From Tubiluchus corallicola (Eukaryota; Animalia; Priapulida): a DNA stretch of 64,000 nucleotides. The translations under genes and the position numbers were made by a program. Shown here piece by piece: positions 1-11,451 of the stretch (position 1 is the first letter of the stretch; each line of letters begins with the position of its first letter). The DNA is taken from positions 62,001-126,000 of the forward strand of contig JAQGDQ010000115.1 of the NCBI GenBank assembly GCA_030141605.1. Direction: 5' to 3'. Below the pieces are notes generated by a model, which worked only from the letters and a program-made list of their open reading frames with translations, made no database searches and had not been told where the DNA came from.

Positions 1-804
1 CAAAAACTGATTATCGATGCACATGTAATGTATATGTATATGTTTATTGCGAAGTAGTTCTTCTGAGCTTCATGGTTCGAATATGGTACCTAAAATGCTG
101 CTTGAGAAAGAGTTGAATTGCTTTATTTTACATAATTTTGAAATAACGTTCAGTTGCTTAGCCGTTTTGAGAAGTCCAGCCACTCTAATGATTTTATGGA
201 TGATTTTCTAACGCTTAAAACAACAAATCAATTTCATCCATTGAAATGGATACAAAACACCAGTTTAACTTGTTGACCAAAAGTTTCTTTATTCTGAAAG
301 ACAATTATTAACATTTAGTTTAACTTGCATTGAATAGAAGAAAATTAGTTGCATGATTAAATGTATTGCTATAACTAAGTACTGATATAAAAATTATGTA
401 AACTATATTGAAATTAATTAACAATAACTTACGTTGTTAGAGCCTTTAACAGTTACAAAGACAGGAACTCAAAGTAGCCTTAAGAACAACAGTGTCGCAA
501 CAATAAATTCGTAAGAAATTTACAGTCATAATGCTCATCACAGTCAGAAAAATAGAGCAATGGCGGAGAGAACCAAAAGACGGGTAAAATGTCATACAAC
601 TACTACAGCTATATCTCACGAAAGGCCAAAATGCTATTGTATTGAAGGATATTAGGTGCTTCAATTTTAAAAGAGTGACTACTGTAAAAGGTAAAAAGCC
701 TACTAAATTAACAAACAGGTGGCAGCACCGCGACAGTAACTGAGAACTAAATTAAAACCAAAAATGGGCCTATGCGCCCACTACAACCATGATTTCATTT
801 GCAG

Positions 805-977
805 GTATTTCTGGAACCGCCTAGCAGTGTGAATTTACCACCTCACTTTTGTTCCAACAATTCAGCTGGCAAAGAGGCATTTGATCTCTTTTTCACAGGA
901 AACAATCACAGTCGTGTTGAATTAACAGGATCCATTTTACAAAAACAAGCACAGTTTTCCGAGTATACTCTATGCGG
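805..977 (+). CDS. Pentraxin-domain gene, first exon visible in window (upstream exons not identified)
   Basis: ttgcag| acceptor and |gtatgt donor; VFLEPP...AFDLFFTGNNHSRVELTG...EYTLCG resembles the pentraxin N-terminal strands; phase 2 joins the next exon to give TLCGWFKSS. Confidence 0.75.
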
Positions 978-1049
978 GTATGTTTAATGCATTAAACAAG
1001 TAGGAACACCTCCTAAACTGACTATTACGCATAACTAATGGTTTAAAAC

Positions 1050-1460
1050 CATTATCAATGATCCATAGATTCTCCTGCAGATATATTGCGGAAGACATAT
1101 TTTCGGAGATTTAGCTAGCCAAATTTATTAGTAATTCTATTGTTTTTTATACGAAAGAAATTGCTTGGCGTTCAAAAGCCAATATCCGAAAATTAAGATG
1201 GCTAGGATTCTTCTAAGATTACCACATGAAGCACCAGTAAGAATCGCCTTAAAGGAAACCTTAAAACCTTGCAAAAACACCTGGTAAACCTAAAACAAAT
1301 TGGATAGCTAAGATAAATAAAGACGTTCAACAACTTCAACCATATCTATCTTTAAGAGTAGAAAAACTTACGCTGTTAGCTGCAAATAGAAGTGGGTGGA
1401 ATACTTTGATAAATATTCAATGTCTACAATAGATGGAACGAGACGTTAAAGAATGATTGC
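1050..1460 (+). mobile_element. Degenerate RTE-like LINE 3' fragment
   Basis: Frameshifted RKLRWLG..LRLPHEAPVRIAL..PGKPKTNW..LAANRSGW, the RTE post-RT C-terminus. Confidence 0.7.
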
Positions 1461-2194
1461 TTTTTAATGTTTTTACGATTACTAATGGCAACCTCATTGT
1501 TAACTGTTATGTTGTAAACATATAGCAAAGCACTCATGACTCTTAACTGTACCGTCACTGTACGACTGTGTTGCAGTATATCACTTATGACACACAATCT
1601 CAGTAATAACATCATTATCTTACAAAAATTCTCATTTCTTGCTGGTATTATTCAATGTTTCTCGCCTTGTAAAGGGTATATTAGTTCCTATAGTTGGGTT
1701 GGAAACAATGTAGCAAGAAGTTTGTTTCTTAAAACATGTTCAGGTTGAAGAGTGTACTGCAGTAATTTGGCTTATTGTAGTAAACCAAACAAATAGCAGG
1801 ACAGCATTTTGGACTTTGGCCCTGGAGGTCACAGCCAAACTGACCACTCAAATATAGAAAATTTGTGGTGTTTCAGTGTTAGGGACTCTGCAAGCTTATC
1901 TTATTAACTAATTGATAAAAATGCTAAATTATACCCCTGTTTGGGGGTAAAGATTGCCACACACCAAACAAATATCACGAAAATACACACAATCCCGAGT
2001 TTGATGGAGGTCACATGTTACCCAAAGACCAACACTGAGGTTAGGCATGAAGCTCAAAATTTATGGGGCAGTATTTAAGTGGTAAAATTTTATTTGTTTT
2101 TGTTTGAAGAAAGTCAGGTTAAATATTGCCGCAGACGGCCTTAATAACTTTTGTACCCATGCTGCTGCGTCATTTTTTGGTCTATAACATAGTT

Positions 2195-2880
2195 CTATAA
2201 CAAAATTTTGACATTTGACATTTGGCATTTTATGTTTTGTTACTGTACATAATTATCATTGCATGATTTATTTGCTTTAGTAAGTTGATTATCACATTTT
2301 GCACGATTTATTTGCTTGAGTAAGTTGATTATTACATTTTGCATGATTTACTTCTTGAGTAAGTTGACTATTACATTTTACATGATTTATTTGCTTGAGT
2401 AAGTTGATTATTACATTTTACTTTTACGTCTTTTCCTGACTGCTTGAAATCCATGAATTTTTTTACAGCTTTACTTTGATTTGGTCACTTAAAATTCTAC
2501 GGCTTCGTTTTATTTCATTCTATAGCAAAATTTTGACATTTGACATTTTATGTTTTGTTACTGTACATAATTATCATTGCATGATTTATTTGCTTGAGTA
2601 AGTTGATTATTACATTTTGCACGATTTATTTGCTCGAGTAAGTTGATTATTACATTTTGCATGATTTATTTGCTTGAGCAAGTTGATTATTACATTTTTC
2701 GTGATTTATTTGCTTGAGTAAGTTGAGTATTACATTTTGCATGATTTATTTGCTTGAGTAAGTTGATTATTACATTTTGCTTTTACGTTTTTTCCTGACT
2801 GCTTGAAATCCATGAATTATTTTACAGCTTTACCTTGATTTGGTCAATTGAAATTCTACTGCTTCGTTTTATTTCATTTT
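2195..2880. repeat. Tandem duplication of about 325-360 bp containing a 39-bp minisatellite
   Basis: Unit close to catgatttatttgcttgagtaagttgattattacattttg, 4 copies in the first block and 5 in the second. Confidence 0.9.
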
Positions 2881-3133
2881 ATTTCATAATAAGCATGCTT
2901 CACTTGTAATCTTAATATCTTCGCAGAACAACGATGGTTTGACTTGATGACTGCTTTCGGTCTTTCTTTATAATTTTTTTCCACATTTATCACTGTACCA
3001 ATTTATGATGTTTGGATATAATACTATGGAAACAAACCATTTCTGAACCTAATGAATAAAGATCAGAATAATGTGGCGAGATCTCCTATCATTACAGAAA
3101 CTCTCTCACAGTTCAGAAGTGAATAAGCAAGCG

Positions 3134-3562
3134 TTAAATGACAAAAGAAAATTCGCAATAAAAAAGGATATCACCTAAGTTTAATCTTTAGCGAATAAAG
3201 TACTCACGTTTTCGCATTTACTTCAACCGTTCAACCGCTGCAGTAAACTTTGGTGCAGACATGTTTCATTTAGTCCGCCAATTGAAAAGCCAGCATGTAA
3301 CTGATCACGTGTCATGACATCACTGGAACACAATCGCAGTGAGTTCTGAGCACGTGTACTACAAAGATTTGTGTTGTGGTTCTGTGACGCCATCTAATAT
3401 GGCGCCGCCGTGACAATCTCGCGGGAGTATTTAAAATGAAAACAAACAGGAAATTCTTTTAACGTTGGTATGATAAACGCTTAAGATTGCCTCTAACCGT
3501 TATAATTATTTAGCGAAAATTTGCGAGACTTGCTTTAACTACTTCCTTTTCTTGTCCTTTAA
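3134..3562. mobile_element. Kolobok-like MITE; related end at 39210-39400 and 43910-44100
   Basis: ttaaatgacaa ... ttgtcctttaa termini with TTAA; its reverse complement aligns with 39210-39400. Confidence 0.6.
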
Positions 3563-3678
3563 CTTTGTCAGCAACAGAAAATGTCAGAATGGCACAGATT
3601 TTCTGGACAGGGCAGAAATCTTTTAAATTTTCATTTGTAGCTGAATGTGTTGGATTAATACAATAATTTCTTAAACAG

Positions 3679-3786
3679 GTGGTTTAAGTCGTCAGTTGCA
3701 CCAGGGACTAATAGTCTGGATGATTCTATGATAATGTGGTTTTTTACAAGCGAAAATGGCAAGCACAGTGAGCTACCCTGTGGATC
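3679..3786 (+). CDS. Pentraxin-domain gene, exon b
   Basis: aaacag| ... |gtaagt; WFKSSVAPGTNSLDDSMIMWFFTSENGKHSELPCGS; phase 2 at both ends matches the neighbouring exons. Confidence 0.7.
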
Positions 3787-5157
3787 GTAAGTGCCTCCTT
3801 TTTTCCCTTTTTTGTACAATTTCTCCGCATTCTTTTAAATAAATTTGATAGTGAAGCTTATCATACGCTAAATTTTAAGTTCAAAACAGTTTTGTTCACA
3901 GCTTGTGTTAATTATCCTTCTGCCATATCTTCCGCCGTATTCATTTCAGTTAATTCACAATCATTTACAGACTTTAACAGTACCAGATGATTTTTTAGAC
4001 TCAATCTCATTTTAATTTACTGTCCAAAATATACATTTTCTTGCCTACAAAAGTTAGCAATTGTTTCTTATATTTTAATAATTAGCTTAGAAAATTAATT
4101 AACGGCAGCCGAACACAGCTATTGCTTACGTCAGAAACTAACCACAGTTTGTGTAATTACAGGCATCTTCCCTTACGCATCAAGCTGTTTGCGTTAGTAT
4201 TATTGTTTAAACGCGTGATGTCACGAAAATGGGCTCTACGTCGTATGACGTCAGAAACTAACACTGCAGTTCATGATCATGGTTATTACGGTACCGTCTT
4301 CTATTTGTCGGCCACGCGAATGTGACCAAAAGGCGCCGCTGCCAGTCTTAGTAGATTCACTGAGCCGCGCGTAGCTTTCAAAGTTTAACAAAATTTGAAT
4401 ATCCGAGGTAATTATTACTTAATAAAACCTTTGATTTAAAATAAGCTGTTGTAGTTTTCAATATTTTAGAGCATTCTTTATTCTGAACTAATGTTTACAT
4501 AATTGTCCGGTTTTCGTTTAAAGCAAAACCGGACCCAATCTCAACTGCAAGTCAAAACAATCTACTCTTTAAAATATTAAAAGGAAATATACTATTTTTT
4601 TCAAAAATGACTTACGTGAAAGTATTACTACCACACAAACAAAATTTCGCGTTCGCGCCACTAGTTCTTCGCTGTTACATGCATTTCGCCATTCGCTAGT
4701 TAGACGGGCACTAGCGCCTGTATTTCGGAAAGCGTTGCACAAAAACAGGTGCTGTATCTCTCAGTTCAGATGTGTTAGTTTGTGATGAACTGCACAGGTT
4801 CGACAACTGCTGCGTGAGCACAGAGGTAAATTTGAAATTTGAATTTTCACCTTAAAACTTACCTAGTTTTAGTACAACACACTGAATATCTTACACTAGT
4901 ACTGTACTTCAATTTTCGGTTTCGCAAACACGTGCAACACGCTCATGGAATGTTTTTGCTCTTGAAAATTATGTTAGTTTGTGATGTCATCAATAGTTGG
5001 GCGCGCCCACCGTTAATTAAGATTTTAATCCATTATTTAATTATCAGAAACGCTTTTGTAGTATTATTGGTGTTAAAGTGAATACCTTTCACCGTACTTA
5101 AAAGAAAAATCGAGTAGTACGTGAAAAATCATCCTGTCTTCCTTTAAAGCTATTTAG

Positions 5158-5282
<125 letters not shown>

Positions 5283-5625
5283 GATATTAATAATTATCAT
5301 TTAATTAGTTATTATTGTTATTATTATAATTATTCTTTATTAATAATTATTATTAATGTTATTAATCTCATGTTATATTAGTAATTCTCTCACAGTCACA
5401 CAATTACCTGAGCTACAATTTGTTCATAGTTACTTGAGAAAGGTTATTTTGCTTTATATAATTTGCAAGTGCACTTTTAATATATAATTTTTATTTTAAA
5501 ACACAATGCTGCAATTGATACCTGTCATGTAGGACGCAAAAGAGATTTTCCAGTGCGCGTGTTTGCTCTGATATTTCTCCTATATGAGATTAAGCTCAAA
5601 CTATATCGCAGGACCTACGTCTATT

Positions 5626-6044
5626 AGTGGGTGACCACCTAGGAGTACCAGGTGCTGCAGGCTTGCGGGATGCCCACACTGTATCTCGACACTAGGCGGA
5701 GGAGCTGCACAAGCAGCCAACGGTTAGAGGGTGGAGGAGGTCAAGTGCCCCAACGGCCATGTGTAGAGGAATAAACTTTCCAAATCAGGAGTGGAGCCCC
5801 GAAGGCGAACCAGTGTAACATGCTCACTGACTCCGGCAGCTCCTGCAGCCAACCTGGTGCCAAACGTATCGCTCCGCTTTCCTTTGGACTACACCAGGGA
5901 GGAAGAGAGGGGGTTCCTATTGTCTGGGCAACTCAGGATCTCCATACACCTTGCCCAGGTGTGCGCCCTGGAGACGTTCAAGGATCGGATTCTCTTGGCG
6001 CACATTCCACTGTCTTCCGAGACAGAAGGATGCCAACAACAACA
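5626..6044 (+). mobile_element. 5S rRNA-derived SINE (SINE3-type) with RTE-like body and tail, 5'-truncated
   Basis: Starts with 5S 3' end (gggtgaccacctaggagtaccaggtgctgcaggctt); ends gtcttccgagacagaaggatgcc(aac)n; TSD acgtctatt/acgtttatt; homologous to 48897-49117. Confidence 0.85.
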
Positions 6045-6648
6045 ACGTTTATTGAAGAATAGAGAACTATATTAGCATGTGATTGTGCGCAAGTTTGGTT
6101 ATTTGGACCTAAAAAGCAAGTAGAAACATTTATTCAACAAATAGGGTTCCTGACCATTAAGTAAAACATTTGCTTAAAGTCTATTTATTCTTGTGGTTAA
6201 TGCTGCTTGCTTATTATTGTTGTTTATTGTGTGGCATATGAGGTAGCCACGATGGGCATGTCAAACTATCAAGACTTTATTCAATAAACTACACATTTAT
6301 TAAATATCAAACACAACACGGAAAACATAAGAGGATAGTAATGCCAGCCCTCCGTCTTCAAGTCAGTTCTTGATCTCCCCCGAGGTGCGGGCCTCAAAAC
6401 ACTTTTGTCTAACTACCTAATGCGCCGTGAGCTTCTGCGCATAAGAATTACATCATCAATCTTTACTTCTGACTCAGCCGGTCGGACATCAGCTGGTCAC
6501 GTGATGCCACACCTAACTAGGCTTCTATCCACGACGATAGTTTAATCTTGCATCGTCAAACATTTAATCTTGAATTATTAATTTAATAATTTAATTACCA
6601 ATTTAATCAAAATCATTATTTAACACAGCTTTCCTTTACTCATTACAG

Positions 6649-6763
6649 TTCTTCGGAATATGAAGTTCTTGGAAACTTCTGCGATGGACTTTGGCACCAC
6701 GCTTGTACGATTTACAGTCAGTCAGCGGGAAACTATACGACTTATCTCGACTGTGGTGAAGGG
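6649..6763 (+). CDS. Pentraxin-domain gene, exon c (pentraxin signature region)
   Basis: ttacag| ... |gttagt; SSEYEVLGNFCDGLWHHACTIYSQSAGNYTTYLDCGEG matches the pentraxin DGxWHHxCxxWxxxxG...YxDG pattern. Confidence 0.85.
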
Positions 6764-7136
6764 GTTAGTGCCATTTTTATTTTACCTTGTTCGATTAGCT
6801 TGTTAGCTAGCTCTCTTTTAAATGAGTTTGCAAAGCAGGGTATTGAACTTACCTGCCTCCCAATACGATTTCATGAGCAGACCGTGGTTTTCTGACGTGC
6901 AACATCTTAATTAAACGCTAAGCGCCTTAAGTTATGACTCGTGGACTACGTTTGTTAGTTCACATCCTAGACTATAGTTCTACTATGAGAAAATGAAAAC
7001 CGTTTTAACGGGTTTTTATTACTTTTTTACTTTTCATATCTGTTTGTTTAATAGTGTAATGTAACTTAGTTTTTTTACTACCAGTGAATGCATGATTCTG
7101 CTTTATCGGATACAGACTATGGCTGAATATTATTAA

Positions 7137-7734
7137 CCCTTATAGGATCACGATTTTTTACAACCGATTTTGGTAACCGGGGGGTAAAACATTACACCTA
7201 CCATAATTCGTAAATTACTTTTGATAAACCGCCGTGTTTCATTAGTAAACAACAACAGTAAATTTGTAATTATGCTGACCACCATAGGATACATTATACC
7301 TGTGCTTAAAGACATGTGAATTACTAGTAATACGAAATTTAAATTCACTTAGTTACGTTCCCTTATCTATGCTGGAATAACCGTTGACAACCGACATTAC
7401 TAGCGCGTGTGCAAAAATCATTGTTATTTTGATTTTATTGTCTACTACTTTCTTCTTTAAAGTGGAGTAATTAATGTATAGACATTAATAATGTATAACG
7501 TATAGACAAGCGAAGTAAAGTTTCGACAATTTTAAAAAATCGACATATTGCATTTTCACTTTTATTTCGTGGTGAGACAATGCGCCTAAAATAAATAACT
7601 GAAAGTATTTTGTGCACAAAACATATTTAGAAAAAGTCATAGAAAAGGTTTACTGGGATGCGTATGGTGAAAGGGTAAAATACCAAAAAACGGTCTGGGG
7701 GGTCATTTTTTACCCCCCGGTGACCCTATAAGGG
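7137..7734. mobile_element. piggyBac-like MITE
   Basis: TTAA|cccttataggatcac ... gtgaccctataaggg|TTAA. Confidence 0.85.
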
Positions 7735-7807
7735 TTAATATGGTAACGGGGCGTCACCTGTTAAATGAAGTCTAGAACAATGCATTTCTCATGAGATTTA
7801 TAATTTA

Positions 7808-8351
7808 CAGTGGAACCTCGACTTACGAAAACCCTATTATACGAAAAATTCAGAATACGAATCCGACTTCGAAGAAATTTCCGTCCCATTTAACGAAAAA
7901 ATGCCAAGGTACGAAAACGAAAATCGAAAGTGCCGCCAGACAGCGATCCTCCCAGAATGCATTTCGTAGCATCACGTGAACGCTTTGTTGTGCTCTTATC
8001 TCACGTGAACACATTCAATAACCATGGGTCTGAAAAAAGCGAGTGCCAGCGGCAGTGATTAGAAAAAAAGGATGATGTTGATGGAAACAAAGCTTGAAAT
8101 TATAGCTAAATATGACAGTGACATGGGTTTAAGTGCTATCTCGGTGGAGTATGACGAAACCTTTCGACGATCAGTCATTAATGAACATATTTATTTCCGG
8201 TGGGTACAATATTTACAGTTTATACGACTGTTTTCCGGGGGCTGGAACGAATTACGCCATTTATATGGTAAATCTTGTCTCATAATACGAAAATTCTAAG
8301 ATACCAAAACCCCTCCGGAACGAATTAATTTCGTATCTCGAGCTATCACTA
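7808..8351 (+). mobile_element. Tigger/pogo-like internally deleted transposon
   Basis: TA|cagtggaacctcgacttacgaa ... ttcgtatctcgagctatcact; residual HTH-psq-like peptide METKLEIIAKYD. Confidence 0.75.
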
Positions 8352-9469
8352 TATACGGTTTTGTCGATAAATTAGTTACTGTGATGTATTAATTGGCTAA
8401 AACCAAATGAACAGGTTAAGCATGTCGCTCGCAGACGATGAATTTCGTGACATTGAATGAACATGACTGTGACTAGTTTTCAATCGTTTATGTCAATACA
8501 TTGTCAGTCTAGACCCCCCCCCCCCGTTCTCAAATTGTGAAGCTGATTATTGGTGTTTTAAGGATGGCAAAACTATGAAGAGTCCGATTATAAAACTGAT
8601 CGTTTTATGAACATCAAAGACAATAAATATAACTGATAGTAATGCCAAGCCCCCTGACCTAGCTTGCTCTCTTTCAGCTCCCAGACTCAATCTCCTGAGC
8701 TGGACGCATCGCAAGGCTTATCTATCGTGCGCCGAGCTTCGGTTCTGAATCACTTGCTCACGTAACACCACACCTTATCTGGGCTTCATGCGGGTATTCA
8801 TCAGCATAATTATCTATCATAATCTAACGCTTTTAACATAGTTTAACAGGTCCTCTTTTACTCCAACACTAATATAATATCATGAATAGTTTTACTATGC
8901 ATATTATACGTATTACTCCAATCAAGTGCTTTAAATGAGAGTTTAATGAGATGGCTGCTGATGCATAGCAGAAACAAACTTTTTGAATTGCGGTTCAGTT
9001 TTCGAAAGACTGACTCTCATGTCTCCGCGGATGTCAAGGCGGTTTCGGGCTTTTGTCTGGATTGTCACGATCGTTGAAAACCCTGCTTCATACAGGAAAA
9101 AGTTCACTGAAAGCTTTACAGTGGACAGGGGTCAAGAGCTTGACCAAAAACCATGAATTATTGGCACAGTCGACGGACATGTCTGAATCACCCGCTGATT
9201 ATTATACAACACTACTTTTTTCACAATTGCCTAAGGGGCTTCTCGGCTACGCCTTGCGGTTTTAGCTGGTACCCCCAAGGGGTACTAGCACCTCAGGTTG
9301 GGAACCGAGGGTCTAGACAGTACTGCACATTTTTACATTGAGCAGTTACAGTTACCTTCTGCTGTTACCGTTACTGTTACTCTTACTGTTGTGATTGGTG
9401 CTATTATTATAGTTTCTGCTATTGTGTTCCAATTACTTTTACTATGAAGCGCGATTATTACTGTTACAG

Positions 9470-9742
9470 TACGGTGGCAAGACTTTAGAGGCATCCTTGC
9501 CTGCTGGACAGGGACCCCTTGATTTATCCAATGTGGGTAAAGATGACGTGTTTGGATCCCTTGGTGGTGTATTTGACGAATCAGCGGGCATGGATGAAGA
9601 CTTTCGAGGGTTCTTATCTAGCGTGAATCTTTACGAAGGCGTTCTACCAAGACAGCAATTACTGCAGCTCTGCAGTCCATCATATCGTGACGATGGTGAC
9701 ATTTTTAGCTGGAAAGATGTTCGAAGCCAAGTTAGAGGAGAA
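9470..9742 (+). CDS. Pentraxin-domain gene, exon d
   Basis: ttacag|TAC phase 0; ...FRGFLSSVNLYEGVL...GDIFSWKDVRSQVRGE is the pentraxin C-terminal half; donor gtacga is weak. Confidence 0.8.
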
Positions 9743-9870
9743 GTACGACTTCACTTTTCTTTTCTTTGTTGTAATCGGTAGATCTCTCCATGTTTGGATA
9801 AAATATATAGCTTATACAGCTTTTATTTTTTTAATGTGATTATTAACGTTTTCCTTTTTTCTTGTTCATC

Positions 9871-10721
<851 letters not shown>

Positions 10722-10871
10722 TGCGTGTTGACTATGACTGTGACATGACATCCACAATAGCATGTGCAATAGCTAAATTTTAGCCTCAGTGACAAGGGAA
10801 AGAGGGCAACAAATTCGTTGCGTTACGGGAATTCTTTTGCAGTACCTGGATAAATAAAACTGCTATGCCTG

Positions 10872-11382
10872 CAGTGGCGGCTCGTAGGTAAAATTAATGG
10901 AGTGCTGCTAAATTAAAAATTGTTTTAATACTGTGTAAAACGAAGCAAACATATGTAATTATAATGTTATAATTTTAAATAAACAAACTAATTTAAACAT
11001 AACCTTAATAAACTCTTAAACAAAAAATATTATTTTCTTATGAATAGCCTAAATTGTCGCAGATCAAGAATAAGCCCATATACGGCTTTTAAACACGTGA
11101 CAACTGACAGCACGTACTGCAGGGAACGACAGTACTCTTTCTACCTAAAGTACGGCGTCTTATCTCAGACATGTGCGCATGACCGCATGCGCACAACAGC
11201 CAAACACCACGTTGCTTGGGCTGTGAAGAAATTTGTACTTCCCTCACGTGCTCCGGTTCTGCACAAGTATAAAAAAGAACTAAAGAAAAAAGACTTTTTT
11301 ATTATATCGCGTATTATCGATAATAACGAGTGAAAATAGGGGGTGCTGCAGTACCACGGTACCTATACACGAGCCGCCACTG
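10872..11382 (+). mobile_element. hAT-type MITE, family B
   Basis: TIR cagtggcggctcgt/acgagccgccactg; degenerate 8-bp TSD tatgcctg/caagcctg; homologous to 54501-54968. Confidence 0.85.
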
Positions 11383-11415
11383 CAAGCCTGTCTCATTTCT
11401 GTAATGTCTTTGCAG

Positions 11416-11451
11416 GTGGAAGCCTTTGATTCCAGTTGTCCATATTCGTGA
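11416..11451 (+). CDS. Pentraxin-domain gene, terminal exon (VEAFDSSCPYS*)
   Basis: tttgcag|GTG in phase 0 completes ...GEV and ends at TGA; AATAAA at 11695-11700; alternatively exon d reads through to its own stop at 9781. Confidence 0.6.
   Translation: MEAFDSSCPYS

Noticed and set aside
560-660. EGF-like peptide (PKCYCIEGY*) as an upstream pentraxin exon
   Set aside because: In-frame stop, incomplete Cys pattern and no convincing splice sites
2260-2780. CRISPR-like array
   Set aside because: Units are contiguous with no unique spacers, the context is eukaryotic and no cas genes are present
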